Source: Balanoglossus misakiensis (taxonomy: Eukaryota > Animalia > Hemichordata). Taken from it: 64,000 bases of DNA. The stretch is taken from contig CM082589.2 of assembly GCA_040954595.2 (NCBI GenBank), positions 12,350,894 through 12,414,893 of the forward strand, written 5' to 3'. The position numbers and the translations under genes were made by a program. Under the pieces are notes generated by a model. It was given only the letters and a program-made list of their open reading frames with translations, was not told the DNA's origin and did not search any database. Of this stretch, positions 1 to 9,696 are shown in pieces. Numbering within the stretch: the first letter of the stretch is position 1; every line of letters begins with the position of its first letter.

Positions 1-112
1 TGTAGGCACAATCACTCCACACACCCTTGCCATAATTCTGCAAGGTTTTTGCCATATCTGTACTGTAGAATGAGTAGCATAGAATAAAATGGCGTCCTTT
101 CTTAATTTCCAG

Positions 113-227
113 TGCAAAACCCCTGTGATCCCAACCCATGTATGAATGGTGGATTTTGCCAGCAAACATCATGCAATTTCTATTCATGCCAGTGTGTGAA
201 CTCTTACACAGGTGACATCTGTCAAAC
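113..227 (+). pseudogene. EGF-like exon E1 (QNPCDPNPCMNGGFCQQTSCNFYSCQCVNSYTGDICQT), donor lost
   Basis: Acceptor ttccag|TG, phase 1. The 3' end is interrupted by a MITE at 228 and the donor was deleted (it survives at 38011 in U3). Confidence 0.85.
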
Positions 228-1042
228 CATAGACCCTAGAGAAAGAAGGACGAGCAACTGCGGCAAAGATCAAAGGGTTTGGGGATTATCTGTATGATGA
301 TGTTCTTTTGCATATAATTAACACCCAGGACAGTTGGACAATGACTTCCTTACTTCGGCACATGTCGACCCCACCAGTGATGTGAAAACTTGCCACCAAA
401 CTGGCACTCCTGCATTTCAGCAGCCACTGCGTTTTTTTCTAAAATTCTAAAAGTATTACGATGTCTGTGCTAATTATTATGGTTTGGTGTTCGTCTGTCG
501 GTTGAACGGTCATTTCTAGTGCCACAAGCTTCATTTAAAAATTGTAAACAAATCATCCATGTTTTTTGCATGTCCGACTGGGCACTCATATTTCTTGGTA
601 ACGCTGACACTTTTCGTAATAATTTTATGTTTGCGTGAAGCATTGAAACAAAAATTGTGGTTTAGGGGCATTTTATTTCGCAGTGCGTTAACAATAAAAC
701 AGATTTCACGAAAACAATTTGTAAACAAACTGGCTGGATTTTCATGTGTGCGCTATGCAAATACCCACATGGTAAATTAAAACTGTTACAGGTGTATTTG
801 ATTTCCACATATGGATTACATGTGTGATAATATTGGGTGCTGGCAGTTTCAGTAAATGAACTGCTCTTAAAAGTTGGGCGTCAGGGCACCCTTGACTTTG
901 CCTGTTCCAAGCTAGAATGGTCTGTCCATATGAATATTTCTTCAGCAAGTTACAAGCAATCTTTTTAGTTTTGAATTAAAAAATAGTGAAATGACTTGTG
1001 ATGTTAATATGCAATTGTTGGTTGATTTACATGCATCTCCAG

Positions 1043-1165
1043 GACTCGGTCAATGTTCTCCCAATCTGTGCATGAACAACGGTATCTGTGAGCCAATCAG
1101 TAGATCGTGCAGTGCGTTTACCTGTCGCTGTCAAGGCTGTTTCATTGGAATCACCTGTGACCAAG
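1043..1165 (+). pseudogene. EGF-like exon E2 (LGQCSPNLCMNNGICEPISRSCSAFTCRCQGCFIGITCDQ)
   Basis: ccag|GA…CAAG|gtaaat, 123 nt, phase 1-1, 8 Cys, open frame. Confidence 0.85.
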
Positions 1166-1477
1166 GTAAATTTATGAGACGAGGATCTGTTTATCCCCCA
1201 TCATACCGGTATATTTGTCATAGCTGGCAGCTATGAAATTACCTGTATATTTAGGATGTGACAAACCAAATAGGCACTTTCAGGAATTGAGTCTTTTTTC
1301 AATTACCAAAGTCCTAAACTCCCAAAAGTATAATAAGTAATTCTTATTGTTCAGTTATACATTTAGGAGGCTCAGTTATAGGAGAACCCGATAGAACCAC
1401 CGCTGTAGGAATTAGGGAAATGGTCATACCCTAAAAACTTATGTCACTACTATTTTTTTTTAATGCCATTGAAACAG

Positions 1478-1594
1478 AACAAACTCCATGTAGGCCAAGT
1501 CCATGCCTGAACAATGGGCGGTGTACTCAGCTGTCGTGTACAACTTATGAGTGTACTTGTCCAGGATGTTTCATCGGCACACACTGCAGCCAGT
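1478..1594 (+). pseudogene. EGF-like exon E3 (QTPCRPSPCLNNGRCTQLSCTTYECTCPGCFIGTHCSQ)
   Basis: acag|AA…CAGT|gtaaaa, 117 nt, 8 Cys. Confidence 0.85.
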
Positions 1595-1985
1595 GTAAAA
1601 CTCATTAAAACAAACATTTGTCATGCAGGAACTAACATTTACAATCATGTCTCAATCCATTGTCTGTTGGTCATACTTTATATTTTCATCTTTAGCATCA
1701 CACCTTGGGCCTTGGGAATCGGTCACCTCAAAAATGATGTACAGCTGAAAGAAAACATGTTTATTTGAAGAAAAAAATGTTGATCGTTAATGAAAATTTT
1801 CCCTACACAAGATACATATACAGAGATTTTCATAGCCCCACAAGTGCGTCCCAGAATGCGCAAGTTGTTTTTGGAAGTGAAGTTCCGTTCAGTATTTACA
1901 GTAATGGTAATGATGATGTTTTTATCAAACAGATTTTGAAAGTAAATATTGCTGAGATAACATTAGGTTGCACTTTTTATTGCAG

Positions 1986-2108
1986 TCCAAGATCCATGCC
2001 AGCGAAACAGCTGTCTCAACGGGGCTGTATGTAATGCAGTGGCCAACTCCTGCACGGCATATACCTGTGCCTGTACTGGTTGCTATGAGGGTAACCGTTG
2101 TGAAATAT
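1986..2108 (+). pseudogene. EGF-like exon E4 (QDPCQRNSCLNGAVCNAVANSCTAYTCACTGCYEGNRCEI)
   Basis: ttgcag|TC…ATAT|gtaagt, 123 nt, 8 Cys. Confidence 0.85.
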
Positions 2109-2682
2109 GTAAGTTTCTGACGTACCGTAAATGACAATCTTTTGGGCACTTTCTCTTCATGGCAATTGAATTGTGTGGTAACTTCTCATTTCTAAAATTT
2201 CCCCAAGAGAAAAGAAAGGAAAAGGAAACAGAAATTTCATTTGTATGTCCGTGCAATTTAGGATAGGCACGAACTTGTGAGGAAGTGTACGAAGCTGGAT
2301 GTTTTCATCACTCAAATATACAAGAGTTGCCTCTTGAAGACTAGTGTCTGTAGAGATAATTGTGCATGTGAGGTAATCTCTCCTGAGGTGGTGCACATCT
2401 CTGAGTATTAAGTAAAAGAGACGTCCTTAATTATCCTTACTATTTGGCTTGAAAAATCAATCTTACTAGGTGTTCTGATTAGAGAGGTGTCCATAAAGAC
2501 AGGTTTTACTGTATTACCCAAAATAGAGACATTGTCCCTTCATCATATACTTAATGCGTGTTCTGGGTATGGTTCCAGTATAATGCTTGTGTCAAAGGAT
2601 TTTGTTGTGGTGCAGGAATCATCTTTGGTTGAGGTGTAGCCATCTGCATTTCATGTGTTTTAAACTATTTTTTTTCTGATTG

Positions 2683-2805
2683 TCATTGACCCATGTGATC
2701 AGAATCCGTGTCAAAATGGAGGCTATTGTTCCAAAACACCAAATTCTTATACTGACTACACCTGTTACTGCCAGTAGTGTTGGACTGGGGCCATCTGTGC
2801 CGTAG
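2683..2805 (+). pseudogene. EGF-like exon E5, disabled
   Basis: IDPCDQNPCQNGGYCSKTPNSYTDYTCYCQ*CWTGAICAV. In-frame TAG at 2775-2777. The acceptor is mutated to TG (AG is retained at 40100-40101). Confidence 0.85.
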
Positions 2806-3193
2806 GTGTGTCGAATTACTGTTTTATGACACAGCGTGGTATATAAACCCTCATTTTTGGTATTCTCAATGTGATAGATGGACCCATACACCAATAAATG
2901 GGGTGGAAGCATTACTAAGTTTCATCCTTTCAAAATTTGCTGATGTAGGGTCAAAATTGAGTGTGAGGTGCATGTTAAAAAGGAAAGCCTTCTGTATCAT
3001 GTTGATGGCACATTTTTTTAATTTTTCAAGATTCTTACAGAAAAATCCTAGCATCATTATGTTATTTTAAATGTAAAGGTTTGAAACAAGGAATGAAGAC
3101 ATTGCTCACATATTTAAACGAAATGAACATCACAAGTACATGTACAAGTTTTTGACAAGCAGGTAATTGATACTTTCATTTTTGTTTTGGCAG

Positions 3194-3313
3194 CCATTGA
3201 TCAGTTATACCCTATGCCTTGTCAAAATGGTGGCACATGCGTTGCGTGAGACGGCTGTTTCCTGTTTGACTGTATGTGTACCGAATGCTTCACTGGTGCC
3301 ACATGTACAATGC
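3194..3313 (+). pseudogene. EGF-like exon E6, disabled
   Basis: ggcag|CC…ATGC|gtaagt. In-frame TGA at 3247-3249 and the first Cys is lost. Confidence 0.85.
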
Positions 3314-3608
3314 GTAAGTACTAACCAATATTATTTTATTCAATGCAAAACACTTGTTATGTATTATATAATATAAGTACGGTACACATATTAAAGCCCT
3401 GGTAACTCAAACTTTGGGCTAGCTTAATGTTATCACTATTTTTGTTTTCGGTTGCAACTGTGGTTTCTTGTCACACTCTAAAGGATTTCACAGCATTTGG
3501 TTTTTCAAAACAGCCCTTTGGTTGTTGTCATGTATACATGTACATGACTGTGGAGTGTAGTTTGTAGATTCTGTAATTTTGACAATATCTTGACTGCACA
3601 TCCCACAG

Positions 3609-3731
3609 CTGTCAACCAGTGTCAACCCATCCAGTGTCGGAATGGTGGAAACTGTGTGCTGACGCCCAATTGGTGTACTGAATTCACATGCTCCTGTACA
3701 AGCTGTTACTCCGGCGATTTATGTCAGACAT
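3609..3731 (+). pseudogene. EGF-like exon E7 (VNQCQPIQCRNGGNCVLTPNWCTEFTCSCTSCYSGDLCQT)
   Basis: cacag|CT…ACAT|gtgagt, 123 nt, 8 Cys. Lies about 10 bp after the inferred unit junction. Confidence 0.85.
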
Positions 3732-4115
3732 GTGAGTGATTTTAAATTTCAGATGAAGAGGAACATAATAACATAACACATAATCGGCTTGCAGTTGGTT
3801 TCTTCCAACCTGTATCAAACAGTGAATAACGACACAATTTTGGGGAAATTTATTAAGAATGTGTGTGCCATAAAAGGGGATTGTGTATTTGACCAAATAA
3901 CAACCTGCACCGTATGGTACACTAAGACACTATTACACCTGTGTCAAAATTTCATTACGTTTCTTTTGTTGAACATGGAAGAAATTTGTCACAGTGATGT
4001 TCTGTTGACCAACTGAGATTTTTACCACTCAACCCTGACTGCACAAATCTGTTTAAAGTATATGTAGTAAATATTAACTGTACACAATTTATATCACTTT
4101 CTCTTCTGTGCACAG

Positions 4116-4232
4116 ATTTGAATCCGTGTCAGCCCAACCCTTGTCTAAACAGTGGATTCTGCCAGCAAGTGTCCTGCACCGAGTTCAGATGCCAGAGTCC
4201 ACGCTGTTTCATCGGAACCACGTGCGCTGAAC
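4116..4232 (+). pseudogene. EGF-like exon E8 (LNPCQPNPCLNSGFCQQVSCTEFRCQSPRCFIGTTCAE)
   Basis: cacag|AT…GAAC|gtaagc, 117 nt. One core Cys is changed to Ser. Confidence 0.85.
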
Positions 4233-4679
4233 GTAAGCAAACCAGTGTCAGATTTCCCGCACAAAGTAGAAATCGCTGGGCTTTGTCATTGATATTGTCT
4301 GAATAAAGTTGCCTGTGATTGTGCAGCTAACCAAGAGACTTATATGCACTACGGTAGCCATGATGAATACTTTCATTGACTCAAATGCTCATCAGTGTAG
4401 ATGTTGCTATTTTTCCAACCGTAAATTGAAACATCAGAAAGTTATGACATCAACTACCCCCACCCCCACCCCACCCACCCCCAACTAGTAAATATTATAA
4501 GATGCTGTAATTATGATAAAGATGGTAGCACCAAGCTTGGATCAAGTGGTCTTCATAATCCTTCACACATGAACATGATCACACGGATGTGCAATCTTCT
4601 GACAGTCTGCTACAGATTTCACTTCCCACTCAAGTGTGTAAGACCCTAATGTGATACTTTTCATTTCTCTCACCCTTAG

Positions 4680-4802
4680 CGATCAACCAGTGTCTTCTAA
4701 ACCCATGTCTGAATAACGGAGTGTATCAGCCACTTCAAGGCTCCTGCTCAATCTACACCTGCAACTGTCCAACCTGCTACACTGGGCAAACATGTGTTAC
4801 AT
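4680..4802 (+). pseudogene. EGF-like exon E9 (INQCLLNPCLNNGVYQPLQGSCSIYTCNCPTCYTGQTCVT)
   Basis: cttag|CG…ACAT|gtaagt, 123 nt. The third Cys is changed to Tyr. Confidence 0.85.
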
Positions 4803-4814
4803 GTAAGTCACAAG

Positions 4815-5830
4815 TTTTTAGGTCCCATTGGTATGTACCATGGGAACTTATGGGATTGGTTACGTCTGTATGTATGGATGGATGGATGGATGTATGTCTG
4901 TATGTCCGTCCACATGAAAAACTTGAAAACCACAGCGCGTATGACCTCGATATTTGGCGTGTAGATGCAGGCAGGGCTGTAGATGGGAGTTTGTTCAAAT
5001 GAAGATGTCATTGCCAAAAATATGCAAATTAGCTGGGAAAATGTGAAATTGGTCAAAACTCAAAAACTGGACAACCACTGGTCATATTGATTTGAAAAAT
5101 GGTATGCATGTACCTTATATCAACCTCATACAACCCTGTATGTTTTGAGCTAATATTATCGATTTCCTATTTTTTTTGCATTTATTTGTATTTTTCCATG
5201 TTATTGGTAAAAGTCTTTGAAATTTAGTATGAAGCCTCCTAATGTTGTCTAAGTAACCATAGTTTTGTTCAAATTGTTGCAAAATTTGCATATCTATAAT
5301 TTTGAGCATTATTTGCCATTTTTGGTCAAAAAATGTTTTTCTTTAAAACCTCATGCCAGATTGCTTTGCAATTTGGTAGGCATGTTCGTAGGGGTAACCT
5401 AAATAATATGTTGTAAAAAATGTGATATTTGCATAAATATGTTATCGGGGAAACTTTTGCAATTTTTGTCAAAAATTGTTTTCACTGAAACCGCTTGTCC
5501 TATTGCATTGAACTTAGGCAGCATGTTCCTTGTAGTGATTGAAGTAAGATATTGTACAATTTTGGTGATATTTGCATATTTGTGTTTTTGCCACTTTTGA
5601 ACAAATATTTTCTGTGAAACTGCTTGTTGGATTGCTTTGAAATTAGTTTTTTCTCTGATTGCTTTGAAATTTAGGATATAATTTCATAACACATACCTGT
5701 ATATGTGCAACTTTTATTCAATTCTGAGATCAGAAAGATTAAATATTTAGCGAGTTTTTTTGGTAAGTTTCTTTGTTTTTGGTTAGCAAATCTTCTCCTA
5801 AACAAATTGTCCAGTTGTTTTTAAAGTTAC
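4815..5830 (+). mobile_element. Helentron/HINE-like non-autonomous element (second copy ~24432-25450)
   Basis: Starts TTTTTAG, then a hairpin (ggtccca-ttggta-tg-tacca-tgggacc in the U3 copy), a (TGTA)/(TGGA) microsatellite and diverged internal repeats (…gattgctttgaaattt…). The 3' end is approximate. Confidence 0.5.
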
Positions 5831-6741
5831 TATTTACAAGGAGTTGTTACCTCGAACAAAGACATGTTTACATAACTTAAATAGGCCAGCTGTTACAGAG
5901 ACCACCAGCTATCACATTTTAATTACCAGTGGCAGGTCAGTGTGTGTCTGTTCCAGGGCTGACTGAAAGAAGTTGCTTCGCATATGTGTTTGTGTACAGA
6001 CAATTTTTGGTAAATTTTTTTTTCTAGCACCACTTGTAAGACTGCCATGACACATGACAGTTTATTGGGCATGTTCCTTGTTAATGTTTTTACATTGCAT
6101 ATTTCTATATGGTCAGATCATAAGTGCTTGCAAATGTCACCTGTAATTTTTATTCTGCTGTGTCACTGTTTCCGCATAATCCTCAAATGTCATCAGATCT
6201 CCGAATGTGATGAAAACAGTGTGTTTTGAGTGGGGTTTTTTAATGACCTTTTGGGTTAAAAGTGGCAAAAATGGCAATTTTGTCTTCAAAGGGGTCAATA
6301 AGACTGACTTTTTTGGAATCAGCACCATTTTTTACATTGAATGGACTAGTCTGCTCAAACTTTCCTTACCAAAAATTCTGTTTAATCTTCTGTAACATGT
6401 ATACTAGTGTACATGTAGCTGCCTGATAGTTTGCCCTGTGTGTGTAATTGCTGAGTGACATAACGCATTCTGTGATTGATGCAGTCACGTAACCACCAAT
6501 CGAACGATTGTTATAAGGAGAACTGCACGACCTTTAACGGCATTAGCATACCTGATTTTTAGGGCTCGATATTACCTCTGAGGACGCAATATTTAAGTTG
6601 AAGTTTTTTTATTTTATCATATTAGAGCAAGAAGACTTGTCTTTTATGTAAAAGAAATAGACCCTAATATACAGAGTGCATGTTGAAACGATAGGCAGTT
6701 CCGGCCCATAGCCTAATTCTTCATTTTTCTGTCATGCGTAG

Positions 6742-6857
6742 GAATTGATTAGTGCTAACAACCCATGTCAAAATGGCAGCACTTGCCAACCCTAACCTCG
6801 TGTGTGGCATTGACGTGCACCTGCCAAGGATGCTTTACTGGGAGCGCTGTGAAAATT
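6742..6857 (+). pseudogene. EGF-like exon E10, frameshifted with stops
   Basis: cgtag|GA ATT GAT TAG TGC…; recognisable NPCQNGSTCQP…SCVALTCTCQGCFT…RCEN with several indels; donor gtcagt. Confidence 0.75.
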
Positions 6858-7320
6858 GTCAGTCAGTTTCTTTTGTCAAATTAATCAATATGTGTGGGAC
6901 TGCTATACATGTATATAAAACAGAATACTGCGATGGAAAATTCTATAACTTAATGTTTCAGTGGATATATGACTTAAAGTTAGCAGTATGCAGTGAATTC
7001 AACAGAAAGTGTAATTTCCTCTTGTGTGAGCTCTGTGCGACTGTGCCAATGAAAATCTCACCACAAACAAAAATGACAGGTATACACTGTATATTAGCAG
7101 CTTTGTCTCTGTAATAGCCATAGTGTTTTGAAGTTGAAAACTTGCAAAGTGTGCAGTTTTATTCACACTACAAAGGAAACATTGTTGAAACGGATTATCT
7201 GTGTACATTGTCAAACTGTACACTTGTCGTGAGATTTATTCTCAATTATATTACTAGTATATCATGCTACCGTCCGCAACTCTGATTGGACGAGAGCTAA
7301 ATCCAGCGATGCTAAAATTA

Positions 7321-7463
7321 AGCAATAAAACACCCCCAGCCATGGTATATCACGAGATTTTGACCAGTTCACGACATATACGCACGAGCGATAGCGAGTG
7401 CGTATATGGAGTTGAACTGGTCAAAATCGAGTGGTATACCATGGCTGGGGGTGTTTTATTGCT
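7321..7463. mobile_element. ~143-bp palindrome, Crypton-like non-autonomous element (U2 only)
   Basis: Arms agcaataaaacacccccagccatggtata… and …tataccatggctgggggtgttttattgct around the loop gagcgatagcga. Flanked by 42-bp direct repeats at 7277-7318 and 7523-7564. Confidence 0.55.
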
Positions 7464-7594
7464 ATTATATTATGCCAGTATAATGAAACTTTGCATAAAA
7501 CATTTTAAAAAGGCATTTTCTTCAACTCTGATTGGACGAGAGCTAAATCCAGCGATGCTAAAATACTCAATAATGCACTGCTGGCAGTGGTAAA

Positions 7595-8430
7595 ACGGGC
7601 TTTCTGTTTGCCACATGGGTTTGTTCTTTAGGTTGTTGTATGTGTTTACACCCATCATGTTTATTGTAGAACTAGGGTCGATCAGTGAGGCAACTGCTGT
7701 TTGTTCTATCTGCACTGTTACTCGAGGCCTCCTGCCATTTGATTGTTGTACAGTGAAGCAGTATTCATCTCCCGAGCTGTCTTCCACTTTATGCACTGCT
7801 TTGACAGTTTTATCCTTGTCTACCCTATTTGCCTTGCCTTTTGAATGGTAGCATTTGGCTAAATGGTTAGGTTTGCCACACTTCCTGCATGACTTGCCTT
7901 TAGCTGGACATACTGAGTCATGTGGATAGGTGCCACCACAATAATAACAAGTGGACGGTCCTTTCGCTGGCTGCTGATGAGCTCTCTTTTGTTTATTTGG
8001 TTTCGAGCGTTGATGGCGCTGTTTTCTGACCGCATTCACAGATGCCGTATCTGCACCATTATTTTGGGTTTTCTCCTCAATCCCACTAGCCTGAACCTCT
8101 GATACCTCAAATGAACAGGCTGTACTCAGTAGATTCTCTAGTGTCGTCTCCTCCCGAAGAGCACGACGTCTGAGACGGGCTGATGTGAATCCTCGTATGA
8201 TTTGTGATTTGACCTCTTGATCCGGCTAGCTGATTCTCCATGTTCTCTGTCCTCGTCGCAAAATATAGAATCGTGGGTGGGCAATAATGACAACACGAGA
8301 CACCAAGTCCGGCATGTAAGAGTGAGAGTGCCTAGCCTCATTCACGCACTTTATTCATAATGACCCGAATGTTTACGTCATTTTACAGAATGTATAAAGT
8401 ATAGATGCTCACCAGTGTTTGGACACTACA
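7595..8430 (-). mobile_element. Gypsy-type LTR retrotransposon remnant (5' LTR, PBS, partial gag and protease), internally deleted
   Basis: Zinc knuckles CYYCGGTYPHDSVC and CRKCGKPNH; protease-like LIDPSSTIN; PBS ~8250-8261; LTR ~8264-8430 starting TGTAGT on the minus strand. Confidence 0.85.
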
Positions 8431-8631
8431 ATATACATGTGACTGCAGTGTCTTTCCAATCATGAATTTGCAAGGTGTCCTTCGGAGAAAATCTTCTGAT
8501 TCTCTTTTCTGATTTGCTTTGCATATATGACTTAATGATCTCATTTGTTGGAATTCCCTGTCCCAAATTTTTGATGATCAGTCTCTGCCCCATTGCTCAT
8601 CGTCCCAACTTTCTTGTGTATTGAAAACCAG

Positions 8632-8755
8632 GAATCAACCAATGCGATCCCAATCCGTGCTTGAACAGTGGTTTCTGCCAGATGACATCTGGATCATGTG
8701 AACTGTACACATGTTTCTGTCAGAATTGTTTTCACTGGTGACCTTTGTGAACAAA
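8632..8755 (+). pseudogene. EGF-like exon E11 (U2 only), +1 frameshift
   Basis: INQCDPNPCLNSGFCQMTSGSCELYTCFCQNC/FTGDLCEQ, 124 nt, ag/gtaag splice sites. Confidence 0.8.
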
Positions 8756-9129
8756 GTAAGTTTTGATTTATTGTCTTGGGATAATAATTTATACAGTTTA
8801 AAGTATCACCATTTCTTTCAATATGTAGATTTTTTGTTTTTCTCTACAAGTGTAATCAAGATCTGCATGAAAATTTGTGTCGCTGTCACCGAACCCAGCT
8901 AGTCCATACAACCAACAGTATGAATCACCACCTCATGCTGGGCGTAGCCATAGGCTATACATGCCTGCCGGTATCAAAGGCCATTATGAGTATTGGTACC
9001 AGACCCCTCTTGAGAATGAATCATGGTTCCACCCTTATGGTAAAAAGTAAGATTACTCCATGCTAATAAATAACAATATTAGAATGAAAGTACATTCCAA
9101 GTGACTTGTTGGGAGTATCGGGCCACTTA

Positions 9130-9497
9130 ATCCCGAAAAATTGCAATCAGCCTGATTTTCAGTTAACCAATCTAAAGCCCAACTTTTCGTGTATTTAGTT
9201 GGGTTTCTAAAACTAACAAATTTTTTGACAATATTTATGGCATGATGAACACTACTCTCATTAAATAAAATAATGTTGTGTCGTCCACAACAGGTGTAAT
9301 TTTTATGTGTTTGGAATCGTAGACACCATTTATCTTTTAGTCAACTCTAAATCTAATATAACAGTCGCGAAAATTGCTATGACAAACAAAAAATGAAGTG
9401 CTGACAGGGGACACCCTTGTCAGATCCCTTTGGATGGAGAACATTTAGAGAAGACATTGCCATTTTTCAAACATCTAGTATGTGATTATACATAGTT
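9130..9497 (-). mobile_element. Old L1/Tx1-like LINE reverse-transcriptase fragment
   Basis: Minus strand reads KGI*QGCPLSA (~9398-9431) and VDDTTL (~9271-9288), degenerate RT motifs. Confidence 0.65.
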
Positions 9498-9501
9498 TTA
9501 A

Positions 9502-9696
9502 CCCTAACGCTGCCAAGTCAGTTTGATATCCAGGGTGCCTAGAATCCTGGCTCCCAGGCCAGGGGGGTTTAGACTGCCAAGTGTGTCTAACATATGAGAG
9601 CCATGGCAAGACAGTCAAAATACGTTTAGGAAGAAAAAATGGCAAATACATACTTTAAGGCACTCTAAACAGGTATGACACCTAGTAGCATTAGGG
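9502..9696. mobile_element. piggyBac-like MITE
   Basis: TTAA|ccctaacgctgc…gtagcattaggg|TTAA: CCC/GGG termini with TTAA on both sides. Confidence 0.6.

Larger units (their letters stand above)
1..3599 (+). repeat. Segmental duplication unit U1 (3' tail only; begins before the window)
   Basis: 1-3599 is nearly identical to 19608-23215 (offset 19607-19616; ORF 112..297 equals ORF 19719..19904). It is more diverged from 36890-41622. Confidence 0.95.
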
